Shown here: piece by piece, positions 10,850 through 23,210 of the stretch | Position numbering within the stretch: position 1 is the stretch's first letter | How the letters are laid out: each line of letters opens with the position of its first letter | Assembly (NCBI GenBank): GCA_026770705.1 | Contig: JANJGN010000026.1 | Location: 35,030,001 to 35,094,000 of the forward strand | Length of the DNA: 64,000 nt | Reading direction: 5' to 3' | Source of the DNA: Isurus oxyrinchus | Taxonomy: Eukaryota | Program-made: the position numbers and the translations under genes | The notes under the pieces: model-generated | What the model was told of the DNA's origin: nothing | What the model saw: the letters and a program-made list of their open reading frames with translations, nothing else | Databases searched by the model: none

Positions 10850-11230
10850 CGACAAGGATTCCCAGAATGGAGTGAATAGAGTTTCACTAGGAAGGAAATA
10901 CGTATTGAGAAGTAAGATAGTGATGATGAGCGGACTGAGGGTGTTCCGCAGGATGGTCCTCCTCTGCATTGTTGCAGTCCGGGAAAACCTCTGTCAGAGC
11001 AGAAATACCGAGCCCGGCCCCACTGAACTGCCGACCCAGACAATGCCAACTAGAACACAGGCAGCATTCGGTCCAATAATAAGGCGGGTCAGAGAGGCGA
11101 CAGCAAACGGAAGCTGTGGGCGGGGCTACATCAGGAAGTCTTGTCACAAATGGAATCCATTTGTAAGCAGCTGAAGTCAATAGTATTGTCCCCTTCGAAA
11201 ATGACATAACTCTGCCTCTCTATAACAGCT
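10850..11230 (-). pseudogene. Orphan family-D promoter and leader fused to the V-downstream module
   Basis: RNTLSPLIITILLL leader relic with a mutated donor, homologous to 59095-59340. No V exon follows. Paralog at ~57680-58070. Confidence 0.6.
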
Positions 11231-11717
11231 GCGGCACTTTCATATTCATTCCATATTGGGGGAGAGCAGGGTGAGCACCGGCAAGTCAGAATTAGTAAAT
11301 TATTCAATAATAAAGGGAATTATCATTAGCGACTTGGGATAAAACGAGGGTTGTATCTATGGGCAGCTAGATTAGTCTGTGTTAATGTTCAACAAGTATC
11401 AATGGTCTGAAACGGTTAAACTAAAGACAGGAAGAAGGGAATGTCTGAAATTATTCGTAACGGGTGGAGGTAGAGGCTGAGAGAGAACAAGTCGGCAGGG
11501 AAACGCATCCAAGGAAAAGAAAGATGAGTTAAAGCACCATATATCGATTCGTAGTGTTCATTTTTCTTAGGTGTGAGAGTTGAAAACGCACATTGATATT
11601 ACTGCTGAAGCGATCATTGTCAGTTCGTGTAAGGGGTTGTGTTTTGGTGCAATTTTAGGACGGTCTCTGTGCCTCCCACTGTGGAGGCATGATTATTGTT
11701 TCTATTTATGGGTGTGA

Positions 11718-11734
11718 GCGCGCCCTCTGCCGTG
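11718..11734 (-). promoter_or_regulatory. RSS-proximal CTCF-like motif
   Basis: CACGGCAGAGGGCGCGC, ~24 bp beyond the nonamer. Confidence 0.55.
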
Positions 11735-11758
11735 CACTAACTGGAACTCTCAGTGTGG

Positions 11759-12289
11759 GGTTTTTGAACGGGGTCCACGTCTCTGCAACAGTATGGGCTC
11801 TCTGGCGCAGAAATATACCGCGCTGTCAAAGATCAGGGCATTGCAGATCATTAGCTCGGTAATCTTGGCTGTTTTATTTAACATAGCTGAAAAGCGATCG
11901 GTGATGTCGGTGTGTCTGTATTGTTTCCCTCCCCGAATGTGAAGCATGTACTGTGGAGGCTGCCCGCGGCGCTGACTGTACCAGTACACATAAGGGTTAG
12001 AATCGCTTGTTTTCAAGGTGCAAGTTAGTGTGACATTACTTTAATCTTCCGCCGTTATTTCAGCAACCGGTTGTTCCACTGTCTCTGGGTGGCTCCATTC
12101 TAACATAAAACAATAGCAATAACAACAATCAGCATCAGCCTCATTTAAGTAAACATAATCGTCATCAACATCACCATTTTCTTACTAAAAACAACATCTG
12201 GGTTACAGCATCAGGAAGAGAATGGAGTTTTACTGGGAAGGAAGTACTTACTGAGAAGTGATGAGGAGCGGAGCGAGACGGTTCCCCAT
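11759..12289 (-). pseudogene. TCR V pseudogene, family D
   Basis: Leader 12252-12289 has an 8-nt deletion relative to 59095-59140. Exon 11796-12099 has TAA in FR1; reads TCTLKTSDSNPYVYWYSQ..DSAVYFCAREP. RSS CATACTG-21-TCAAAAACC. Confidence 0.88.
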
Positions 12290-12717
12290 GGAACTTCCTG
12301 AGTCTGCAACTGTGCAATGCAGGAAATTCTCTGCCAGAGCAGAAATACAGATCCCTGTCCCACTGCACTGCTGACCCAACCAATGGCAGGGATGGACCAG
12401 CGGCAGCAATCACTCCAATGCACAATCGGATCAGAGCAACAGCAGAAAACGGAAACTGTGGGTGCAGACTGAATATTGAATGAAGTGTGCAGTACTCTCA
12501 GCTGCACCTGGTACTGCTGGAGCGGAAATAGCGACGGTTGAATCTGCAGAATTCTCTAACCATCCTGCACCTGCTCACTGTTCAACTGACTGAAACCAAA
12601 TAAGGTGTTTAGAATCTTAGAAGAAGGACTGAGTCACGTCTAGACTTTCGTCTCCGCATTTTCCACATAGCCGGATATTCTGCAGTGGTTCCAGCTCTGA
12701 ACAAATGGCAGTGAAAT

Positions 12718-13030
12718 AAGAACATAAACATAACATAAGAATATAAGAACGAGCAGCAGGTGTAGGCGATTCAGTCCCTCGAACCTGCCCAGCTATTCAA
12801 TACGATCATGGCTGATTTCATTTCGGCCTCAACTGCAATATCCCATCCTCTCCCCATAACCTCTCAACCCATTACTAATTGAAAATCTGTCTATCTCCTC
12901 CTTCAATTTATTCAACGTCCTGGCATACATTGCACTCTGAGGTAGTGAATTCCACAGATTCACTGCCCTTTGAGAAAAGTAATTGCTCCTCATTTATGAT
13001 TTAAATCTGCCACCCCTTAGCCTAAAACTA
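12718..13030 (-). mobile_element. CR1-type LINE 3' end
   Basis: Begins with (aagaacat)n, the reverse complement of the CR1 tail. It replaces the promoter, leader and FR1 of the adjacent family-A copy. Confidence 0.75.
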
Positions 13031-13237
13031 TGGCAATGGTATCGGCAGAAACCGGCACAACCTGTAAGTTGGGTAATCAGCAAACTAATAGGACTGAAAA
13101 TAGTTGAAATCTCAGGACGATAACTGGCGGCTGCTGACGCATCTAAGAAGTCCGGTTATCTCAAAATAAGTGGCCTGAGTGCGGAGAGCGCTCTGAGGCC
13201 CAGTGTCAGTTAAAAGCCGAAAACCCGGACAGAAAAC
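13031..13237 (+). pseudogene. 5'-truncated family-A V pseudogene
   Basis: QWYRQKPAQ..YLKISGLS followed by CCCAGTG-23-ACAGAAAAC; near-identical to 872-1077. Confidence 0.8.
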
Positions 13238-13769
13238 TCAGCGAGTATTCACTACTCAGCTAAGTGTTTTTAATGTCTATCTGCGACTTTAGTTTGCTCC
13301 CGAGCTCACAGAGAACAGGAGCTGACAAGTTTATTTTGAAACATTTGTATTGTTGTATTCGGCCTTGTCCAAATCAGCAGAGAGCAGGCCTGGGAAATTT
13401 TGAGACTCGACTCCATGGCCCGAGTTATAGCTCTTCAGTAAATGTCTCGGAGCTTAACCGAACATTTGATGTACCAACAGATGTAGAGAAAGCTCACAGG
13501 CATGGAATAACTATAGCAGACCATTATGGTCTGTTCTCCCACACAGTTAACTCAACGGGATCTTGGGACACTTGGTTGACACCACTTGTTACTGTAACAA
13601 AACAAAGAAGGTGTCAAAGTCTGGAATTGAATTTAACACATGAAATAGACAATGACGCTTTAAATATAGAATTAACAAACAGCATGACCATTATCAGAAA
13701 GGGCCGTAGAGAGTACGTAGTGTCTGGTGTAGACTTCGACAGACAGTAACTGAATTTTAAACGGCTTTT

Positions 13770-14900
13770 CAGGTGAGGAAGTGAGGTGATCGTGACTACC
13801 GTTGATATCAAGGCCACATTTGATGGATTGTGACTTCAAGGAGCCCTAGCAAAACTGGAGTCAATGGGAATCAGGAGAAAATTCTCCGCTGGTTGGAGTC
13901 AAATTAACACAAAGGAGGATGGTTGTGGTTGTTGCAGGTCAGTCATCTCAGCTACAGGAGTTCCTCAGGGTAGTGTCCTAGGTCCAACCATCTTTAGCTG
14001 CTTCATCAATGAACTTCCTTCCATCATAAGGTCAGAAGTGGAGATGTACGCTGATGATTGCAAAATGTTCAGCAATTCGTGACTCCTCAGATACTGAAGC
14101 AGTCCATGTCCAAATGCAACAAGGCCTGGATAATATCCAGGCTTGGGCTGAAAAGTGGCAAGTAACATTCACACCACACAAGTGACAAGCAATGACCATC
14201 TCCAACAAGGGAGAATCGCCTTTGATGTGCAACGGTATTACCACCGCTGAATCCCGCACTAGGCACACCCTGGGGGCTACTATTGACCAGGAACTGAACT
14301 GGACTAGCCGTATAAATACTGGCTACAAAAGCAGTTCAGAGGCTAGTAATCCTGTGGCAAATAACTCACCTTCTGACACACCAATACCTGTCCACTATCT
14401 GCAAGGCACGAGTGAGGAGTGTGATGGAATAGTCCCCACTTGCATGGATGAGTGGAGCTCCAACAACACCCAGGAAACTTGACACCATCCAGGACAAAGC
14501 AGCCCACTTGATTGGCACCACATCCACAAACATTGAATCCCTCCACTACGTGGCACAGTAGCAGCAGTGTGTACTATCTACGAAATGCACTGCAGGAACT
14601 CATCAAGGCGCCTTAGACAGCACCTTCCAAACCCACGACGACTACCACCTAGAAGGACAAGGACAACAGATAGATGGGAACACCACCGCCTGGAATTTCC
14701 CCTCCAAGTCACACATCAACTTGACTTTGAAATATATCGCCTTTCCTTCACTATCGCTGTGTCAAAATCCTGGAACTCCTTTCCTAGCAGCAGCACGAGT
14801 GCACCTTCACCACAGGGACTGCAACAGTTCGAGAAGGCAGTACACCGCCACATTCTCAACGGTTATTAGGGACAGGCAATAAATTCTGGCCCAGCAGGCA
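13770..14900 (+). mobile_element. CR1/L2-clade LINE fragment (duplicate of 1600-2735)
   Basis: GVPQGSVLGPTIFSCFINELP..YADDC. Confidence 0.85.
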
Positions 14901-15764
14901 TCCTGTAAAATTACAATTCAGCATCGTACAAGATAATACAATATAGCAAAGTCCAGCAGAAGATAACGGATCTGATGAGTGAAATATTGCTGTCAGAAAT
15001 AGAGATCACCCTCATGCGTTGGAAAGAGTAAGATATCCAGGAATGTAATCACTAAAGTGAAGCTCAGATTCAGGCGTCGGCTGTTATCGACTTGTATTTA
15101 CAGGGACAGTCTTACATCTGTTTTCAGGCAATTGGTGAATCAGAAGATTCAAATCAAGAGAGGGACCTGGCGAAGGCATCGCTGTTGTGTAATCAAACTG
15201 AACCCAACATCAATTACACTTTGTCTGGAGGACTCGGGTCTCTACGACATGTTATCACAAAGTGAAGCTTTGAGGGAGCTTCAGCATTTATGGAGTGTGG
15301 GGGAGAGGGGTGCTCATGCGTCAGAGTAACCGCCAGTGTGACGTAATTCTGCGGCCTGCATTACGTAGGTCTGTCTGTGTAACATCACCTTGTAAACTTT
15401 GTGACGTCATCCGACAGACTGCGTGACGTCAGGCTGTCTGGTTTGTGGAACAGAAACATTTTTCCTCGGAGGTGATCTGAATATCGAATCCTGAGTTTAA
15501 GGGAAATAAAACAGGAAACAGGAACAGGAAAGACGGTTTAACCTGTAGTTTCATTTGGTGGTCGATCTGTCGTTAGGGCTGGAATCTGCAGTTTGTTTTC
15601 TCGGCCGCTGTTGGAAACAGTTGGATGACAGTTTGATCCGAAATGAATGTGGTTTCCTCTCGGTTTGTGTTTGAGCAGCTGACAGCGCCGCTGAACCTTG
15701 TGGCTGCACCTGCTCGAGATTCGATGCAAGCCCCATCAGACAGGATCTGCCAGACACAGCCCAA

Positions 15765-16308
15765 AGTACCCGCATGAGACTGATTTTCATCGTAAACTCC
15801 GGCTGCGAGTCCTCCTTCGGACCAACTCGTCAAAGTTAACTTTCTCCACTCAGGGAGAGAGATGTGACTGCCTGAAAGGTGCTGTTGCTATTTTCTTGCC
15901 TCAGCAATTGCCTGAAAACAGGTGTGAGACTGTCCCTGTAAATACAGCCAGATCGGGGCCAGCCAGTAACAGAATAAAACACAGATCACCCCATGTAGTG
16001 TCATAAATGATACTTAAAGCAGCCACTTCTCTTTCGTCGAAGCAAGTGAGGACAGTAGCTGAATGAAAACATCTCCATGACTCAGATCTGAAATGCATGT
16101 GCCAACAGGAAATTACTGACTGGAGGGTGTATAAAATTCGGATTGAAATCTTGATTCGGAAATGAGACGAAATGTGTTTGTTCCACAATTACTTGTCATA
16201 ATTATCTCTCCTCCCCCCCGCCGCACCCTCCCCCCACCCCCTCCGCCCCCAACCTCCCCCTCACCCCCTCCCGACAACCATTTCAACCTAGATGCTGGGT
16301 GGCTGCAT
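15765..16308 (-). pseudogene. Rearranged TRDV-like pseudogene, family B, with leader relic
   Basis: ATGCAGCCACCCAGCATCT leader start at 16308, homologous to 35857. Acceptor tttcag near 16090. Same insertion and deletion as 3600-3918. Confidence 0.65.
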
Positions 16309-17040
16309 TGTTGCTGCCCGCTCTGTAAAATGTAAATTTTGATTAGAAGGAACTTGTAATCTTCACCATCAAGTATCTTCTGATGTTTCTCAACATCATC
16401 TCACTTCACTTCCTTGTGTATCCAGTGATGCTTTAAGGTTTGTAGTTGGGAACACGCTGGCAGCGAATGGAAACAACCCGAGCTGAGCTATAGTCAATGC
16501 CCTTTCAAGAGGAATGGTTACATGGTTAGGGACCGGGATGGGACTGGACCCCCTGGTTTAGTTATTACAATTCAGAAGCACTGGTTTGTTAATGGCGTCA
16601 GGAAAGGTTTGACACTCGAAAGGAGAATGAACATTGCGGGAACTCTGTCCTCGGGGCTTGTTTTAAAGAGTGATAACACAAACTGATAAAGTGTCTTCGT
16701 TTTCTATAAACTGTTTTTGAACCAGCAAAATACTCTGGTCAAATAAACACCACGTACAGGCTTTGACAAAAGGGGCCTTGAAGGAGAGAGTGGAGAAGGA
16801 GAAAGGGCTGCATAAGAGTTCAGGCAGGCAATGAAAGATCATCAAAAGACTATATGTGAGTTAGTGCAATACAAATTTATTTGTGGAATTAAATTTTACT
16901 ACAGTTGCAAGTTAAAATCAGCTAATATAATTCCTCAGTTGCTGCTCACCCGTTCTTCAGCGTTGTGTTTGTTTTGATATTTTATTGAAGACTCTCTGAC
17001 CCTCAAAGGCTGAGTTGTTGCTTCAGTTTAGCGGTGTGAG

Positions 17041-17056
17041 AGCGCCCTCCGCTGAG
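17041..17056 (-). promoter_or_regulatory. RSS-proximal CTCF-like motif
   Basis: CTCAGCGGAGGGCGCT, ~22 bp beyond the nonamer. Confidence 0.55.
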
Positions 17057-17078
17057 CATTAATGGGAAATCCCAGTGG

Positions 17079-17118
17079 AGTTTTTGTACGGCATCCCCTA
17101 TATCTTTGCAGCAGTGAG
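17079..17118 (-). other. RSS with variant heptamer and 24-bp spacer
   Basis: CTCACTG-24-ACAAAAACT. Confidence 0.75.
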
Positions 17119-17552
17119 GGTTCCAAGGCACAGAAATACACGGCGCCGTCGGATAGAAGAGCCCCGGTGATATTTAAATGAACCGTTTTGTTTCCTTTGT
17201 GCAAAACAGCAGAGAACCTGTCTGGGAAATCTGGAGATTTATCTATATTCCCTGAGCTATATATCTTCATTAAATATGTCGGAGCTTCCCCGGGATACTG
17301 GATGTACCAGAACAGGGTTGGGGCAGCAGCCGTCGAATAATTACAATCCAGTTTTATGCTCTGTCCTTCCAGGACCTTTAATTCAGGGGAATCCTGGGAC
17401 ACTGAATCTTGACCATTTATTCCTGCAACAAAACACAGAATGTATCAAATATCTGGGAGTGAAGATAACACAAGTAACGGACACGACCATTTAAACATTG
17501 ACTCACCAGGTAGCAAGATCATTATTAGCAGCAAAGAACATGGGGAGCACAT
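17119..17552 (-). CDS. TRAV: TCR alpha-type V segment, family E, intact ORF (leader 17507-17552, V exon 17119-17422)
   Basis: MCSPCSLLLIMILLP|GINGQDSVSQDSPELKVLEGQSIKLDCNYSTAAAPTLFWYIQYPGEAP..DRFSA..LSDGAVYFCALEP. GT/AG intact; conserved Cys-Trp-Cys. Heptamer is non-canonical. Confidence 0.88.
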
Positions 17553-18939
17553 GGTGACAGGATTAGAGCTCGGAAGAAATAAGATAAGATTTGAGATATG
17601 TTGACAAATCTGTTCTGATATTAAAGAGGAAATTCAGCTCAGGGGCAGACTTCACCTACTGAGGAACTGAGGGGCGTTTCCCAGCGACAGGATTGGCTGG
17701 TCTCTCAGAACTGATGACAGTTGGGCACCAATCAGTGTTAGTTTGGGCCGATTATTTCTTCTGAGTTTCTCTTTCTCCCTGTCTTTCTCGGGTTTTCGAG
17801 ATCTCCCTTGGTCTCAGGATCTCTCTGGCTCGCTTTGTCTTTCGGTCTCTGTGGCTGTAACTCCCCTCTGGCTGTTTCTGACCCTCCGTCACACATGCTT
17901 TCTCTGCCTCTTTCTCTGTCACCCGATTTCCCTAATTTCAGAATGCAGAAAATCCAATTTTTCCCAGTCTCCCATTTCAATAAGTTCAGATAAGTCCTCA
18001 ATCAACAGGAGCAGCTACAATAGATAAACTACTTAACTGCAGCTCGGAGGCAGCATTAAAATGGAAACAGTTAAGTTTACATCCCAACTATGGCACGCGT
18101 CCTATTCTTTGTCTGTGTTGATATTTAAGACTCGGCATGCCATCGGGATCTCGGTTGTTTCATTTCGTTAATTAAAGCTTCTTTTAACCAGCAATGGCCG
18201 AGGTATTAAAATAAACAAGGGAACCGCTAGGATTTAAAGTAAAGTTTAAATTAGCTCGCGTGTATAAGTTCACCTGCACTAAGATACATTACAATAATAA
18301 GAAGAACTCTAGAAATGCGACATAATTATGCAACAATATCATGCTCCACTAATTGCAGTTCCCTGATCGTCTCTGTGCATTCACTGCAGCGGATATGGGC
18401 ACAGTAACATGGTGATTATGAAACTGCTCTATTAATCTAGGAGGCCAAATGCCTCTCGGAAATTATCCTTTCCCTATCGCCTGCTATCTTATCTTATTTT
18501 TCTTTGACTTCCTGGAATTCCTGCCTCCCTTTCGAGCATTATTATTCTCACTATATCCCTTAGATTCCCTCGCTGTCTATGCCGGTTTCTCTCGTTTCGT
18601 CTCTCTTCGTTGCTCAATCTGTATTGTCTTCATATTTCTGCATCTGTTTCCTTCAATGTGTCTTCATCTATTTCCCTCCCTGTCTCCGTTCTCCCTCATT
18701 TCTCTCAGTGTCTCTCGGACTGTTTATCTCACTGATTTCTATCATTCCCTTTCCTCCTGTTTATCTCTCCGTATCTTCACCTGTTTTCCTCTCTTTGTCT
18801 CCATTTCTATCACAGTCTCTCCCTCTGATTCACTCGCTATATTTTTAATTTTTTCTCTTCATTTCTCAGTTTGCATGTCTTCATGTTGCTTCATCTGTTC
18901 CCTTCACTGTATCTTCAACTTTTTTTACACATTCGTGAC

Positions 18940-19280
18940 ATGTGAGCGTCGCTGGCTGGGCCAGCATTTGTTGATCATCCTTAATTGCCCTTATTCAGCG
19001 GGCATTTAAGAGCTGACCACATTGCTGCAGGTCTCGAGTCACATATGGGCCAGCCCAGGTAAGGACAGCAGATTTCCTTCCCTAAAGGGCATAGTGAACC
19101 AAATGGGTTTTTATGACAATCGGCAATGGTTTCATGGTCATCATTAGGCGTTTAATTCCAGGTTTTTTTAAATTGAATTCAAATTGCATCATCTGTTATG
19201 GCGATCCCCAGAGCGTTACCGAGGGTAAACCTTGGCTCTCTGAATGACTCGTGCAGCGACAATGCCACTAGGCCATTGCC
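18940..19280 (-). mobile_element. SINE (tail shared with the LINE at 1600-2735)
   Basis: gagcgtcgctggctgggccagcattt..atccttaattgccc is the reverse complement of the tail seen at 2700-2735 and 49925-49975. Similar copy at ~41435-41670. Confidence 0.7.
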
Positions 19281-19879
19281 TCCCCCTAAATCTCCCTCTC
19301 CTTCTCATTTCTCTTAATGTCTCTCCCTCTGTTATCTCTCTCTGCTTATCTCCATCTCTCTCCTTCAATTGTATCGTTCTCTTCCCTCCTATTTTTCTCT
19401 CTTTATCTCCATCTGCGTTTACCTCTCTGCCCCTCACTCAGTCTCTCTCCCTCTATCTCCATCTGTGTTTTTGCCATTGTCTCACCCACAGTTTTTGTTC
19501 CTCTTTGCCTCTCAATGCGCTTCTCCATCTGCCTGTCCCTCACAGACACGTTTGAAAAACAAATATTTAGCCGCCCAGGCGGCCCTCTAGTCCATCGTAA
19601 TTATTTGATTCATTGAAGTTATCCAAGTGTTGTTTTTACATTCCATTCCCTGGGGAGTCTTCAGGATTAGATGCCTGTTACTGTTGTAGAAGAGGAAGTT
19701 AGTCGCCACAACAACAGGCCTCAGAAACTCTCCATTTTATATCAGGACATTCGTTTCCAAAACCAAATGCGGTGTCTAATCATTTTCTGGGCCCGAATTA
19801 AATTCATCAGAAAAGGCAGCCTCAAACCAATTGATGTACTCAGTCCCCATCAGACACAATAGAGGTCCATCCTTGTATA

Positions 19880-20015
19880 AAAGCAAAACACTGTGGATGC
19901 TGGAGATCTGAAACAAAAACAGGAAGTGCTGGAAAGACACAGCAGTTCTAGCAGCATCTGTGGAGAGAGAAACAGAGTTAACGTTTCGAGTTCAATGTAA
20001 CTCTTCTTTGGAACC
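19880..20015. mobile_element. Terminal fragment of a Penelope-like element
   Basis: ctgtggatgctggagatctgaaac..cagcatctgtggagagagaaacagagttaacgtttcg, homologous to the termini at 39085-39200 and 45790-45910. Confidence 0.55.
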
Positions 20016-20249
20016 CTGAGTTAGGGAGACAGTTGTATCTTTATTGATGAGGAAAAGTGAAAAACCTGGCTCCAGAGGGCATGTCAATGGAAAAAAATCC
20101 ATCGGCGTCAGTTTGCTCCCTTTCCCTCGCCAACGATATGAAAGATATTTACCATAAAAATATCTTTAATTGTAAATCTCAATGACCCCAAATTAAACCA
20201 ATTCTCCAGTAATATTCCTGATCCAACGTGTTCAAGAACCAGGAAAACG

Positions 20250-20830
20250 CAATGAATGGAATTACAGCTTCACGGTTTTGATTTTAGGTGAGGACTTTGC
20301 GGAGAATAGTGTTGCCAACAGAACATGTTTCTTCTCATTTGTATCAGCAGCTTTCGATGGAGAGACTGTGATCCACCAGTCACAGCGGATCCTTACACAA
20401 GAAGGACAATCGAATGAAATGCAGTAAAATGTAATCACCAGAGGCTCTTGAGAGTATTCACTGGCATAGGATACGTCAGAAAAGTGCTCGAAATTTATCA
20501 TATCGACTGTTATCAGAAACATTACAGGCAAACTCTTCAACCTATTCATTTACCCAACAAGAAGTTATAACATTCCCGGTAAGGGCAGCACTGTTGCACG
20601 TGGCATTCAAGAGGGCATTAGATGATTATTTGAATGGAAATAATGTGTCGGGGGATGGGGAAAAGGCAGGGCAATGGCACCCTTCTGCTCTGCTGACCCA
20701 ATGAATGGCAATGAGTAAATAATGGCAGCAATCTCTCCAGTATCACAGATATCACAGTCGGACTGGCACTCTGTATTACTGCTGCGACAGAGGAACTCAC
20801 TGCAGAGTTACCGACAAAGGCAGCGAAAAG
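20250..20830 (+). pseudogene. Highly degraded TCR V relic (family I), interrupted by a short CR1-like piece
   Basis: ttttag|gtgagg donor; tatcag|AAFDGETVIHQSQRILTQEGQSNEMQ*; IHWHR; later LYYC. No convincing RSS. Confidence 0.45.
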
Positions 20831-21054
20831 CGGAACTATCTCTTATTATTCCTGATAACTCTAACACTTCGCAGCAGGTGTGTCCTTCCGAATAAAACCC
20901 CCATTCTCCTGCTGATGGCACTAATCAAGTTATTGTCCTTTGTGAAATGATGGTGGTGTCGTTAGTGGAGGGTCAAACACATTTTTCTTTCCCTCATTTC
21001 CTACATGGTCCAAATGTGAATGTTAAATACCCGCCAGTTTGATCTTTCCTGTTG

Positions 21055-21110
21055 TTCTGAGTCATGGAGATTTTGTCACTCAACCGCTGTCCTCAGGAGG
21101 ATCAGAGGTA
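21055..21110 (+). pseudogene. FR1 fragment of a family-B V
   Basis: ctgagtcatggagattttgtcactcaaccgctgtcctcag = SHGDFVTQPLSS, homologous to the family-B exon starts. Confidence 0.45.
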
Positions 21111-22877
21111 TAGCAGCAAACTGAAAGTTCTGAGAGGGCCTTTAATAGGTGGTGTTATCCTATGTAGTGACCGCCTGCGAGAAATTGTGCTGTCTGCACT
21201 TGCTGTCTCAGTGATCCCCCTTTCTTTCTGTGAAATAAACTATCCCAAGGAGACAGTTTCCAGCCCTCCTGCCCCGCTGCTGAAGGACATGTCATTTTTT
21301 CAATCAACGTCCTATCCGAGTGCCTGACTGCAACAACACTTAGATCAGTATCAGAATGTTCATGTGTTGAAAACATATCCCGCAAGTTTACTGTAAACTG
21401 AATTGTTGAGTCGAATTGGGGGTGGGGCAGGAGTTCAAATGTGAATTTGTGAAATAAATTTCCAGCTGGAATGGAAGACGTCGAGACTTCTGCAGAGTTC
21501 AAGGAAATATTTGGGGCATCGTGGGGGAAGGTTCAGAACATCTGCGAATGATTGATGTTAAATTGGCCGCATGGTCTCCAACATACCGAATGATCGAATG
21601 AACTGGTGCACGGCAGGAACTGCGTAGTGTCTGAAGTAAAACTATAAAACTCTGGAGAAGTTCAGCAGGTTTGCAGCTTTGGAGAGTCGGAAACAGATTT
21701 TAGTCGATGATATTCATCATAACTGGAAAAAACTGTAGATGTAACAGGTTGTAAATAATTACGGAGGCAGGCATAGGCGGCATTACATGAAGAAGAAAAT
21801 GGTAGATCAGTGAAACGGTGGCTGGCAGGATAGGTTAAAAGTTACAGGCGAAGTGGCCCAAGGGAAAAATGTAATGGGGCAAGTAAAGAAACGAAATGTA
21901 GCTCTGGCGGAGGTGTACTTAAGGAAAGCAGATTCATCCCTTCGAGTTTCCATCCAAAATGCAAAGAGAAAACATAGAAAGAAGAACAAAGTGCTGTAGA
22001 AAAATTGTTAAATGCAATCTTGAATCCGGAAGGTTAACAAGTGCTGGAAAGCTGCACCTTGTAGTTCCAATCACCGCCACCAGTGGGCAGTGGGAGACTG
22101 TTGTGATCAGTGTTGGGGAGAATTCCAGACTGAGAACAATATTCGGTAACTTTATTGAAGAAAATGTCATTGAAGGAACACATGTGGAAACAAAAATTAT
22201 TTTAATATTCATAGCATGTTTTATATTGTTTAACGTAATTCATTATAATGAGCTGTCAATGTTGCTATTACTGTTGGCATGTTGTTAATATTTGAAAAAA
22301 AAAAGTTCGCGCTGCATCCAAGTGGGGAAGCACACGGGTTCACAATATGAAAGGAGACTGTTGGGCAAATCTTTCTGTTGTCACACTGAGAATGATCGCA
22401 ATCTGGAATAAAGCTTCAGTCAGAATGCGGAAGGACAATGCACTCGAATCGTTGGATGCTGCAGTTGAAGGCGAGATGTAGGGTCTCCCCCGAAAAGAAA
22501 CCTATTGTAAGAGGGAGAGAATAGCTGTTCTAATTTGTCTATCTAACTATATTGTGTACTGTAGCTTGGCGGGAACTCACGTACTTACCGGTACATGCCA
22601 TCAGAGAGCAGTGTGAACCAATGAGAAAATTGAATGTGGGCGGACCGGAGCGAGATCACAAACAGTGTGAGCTGGTGTCAGTGTGACACGCTGAGTGTGG
22701 GCGGGTAAATCCCAAGACTAAGCTTCTTATGTTAGTTCGACAATAAGGCGCCTCTGAGTTGGACCTGAAGCCCGTGTGTAGCTTCTTGTTAGTTCTGCTG
22801 AATATAATATCCATCTTCTGCTTCTAACCTGACCTCCCTGGGCAATCGTTTCAGCCGCTTTTTCATGTGATCTGATA

Positions 22878-23210
22878 ATGATCAGAATTTACATAATCTG
22901 TTTGCTGTTTTTCACTCTGATCTACAAGGAGGTGGCCGGTAAGGATGAGCTGGTGCAGCTCCCTGGGCAGGTGGTCTTTAGGGAAGCGGAAATCGTAACC
23001 ATGAACTGCACTCGCACCACAGCGTTTAACCTCGTGTTTTGGTACAGACAGCTCCCGAATCAGCTACCCCAGTATCTGGCAATGGCCACAAGAGGAACCG
23101 GTCAACAAGGGAGGATCACGGCTTCAATCGGTGAAGGCAGCAAACTCAGTATCCTGACTGTGAGCGATGCCCAAGTTACAGACACTGCCACCTATCTCTG
23201 CGCTGTGGGC
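22878..23210 (+). CDS. TRAV: TCR alpha/delta V segment, family F, single-exon leader+V, apparently functional
   Basis: Continuous ORF MIRIYIICLLFFTLIYKEVAG-KDELVQLPGQVVFREAEIVTMNC..WYRQLPNQ..DTATYLCAVG abutting a canonical RSS. Confidence 0.88.

Larger units (their letters stand above)
10000..12715 (+). repeat. Segmental duplication, paralog of ~56830-59630
   Basis: Colinear similarity across the orphan leader, the module and the family-D V gene. Confidence 0.85.

Noticed and set aside
18449-19009. 186-aa hydrophobic ORF and similar ORFs in CT-rich tracts
   Set aside because: Product of pyrimidine-rich low-complexity DNA running into a SINE.
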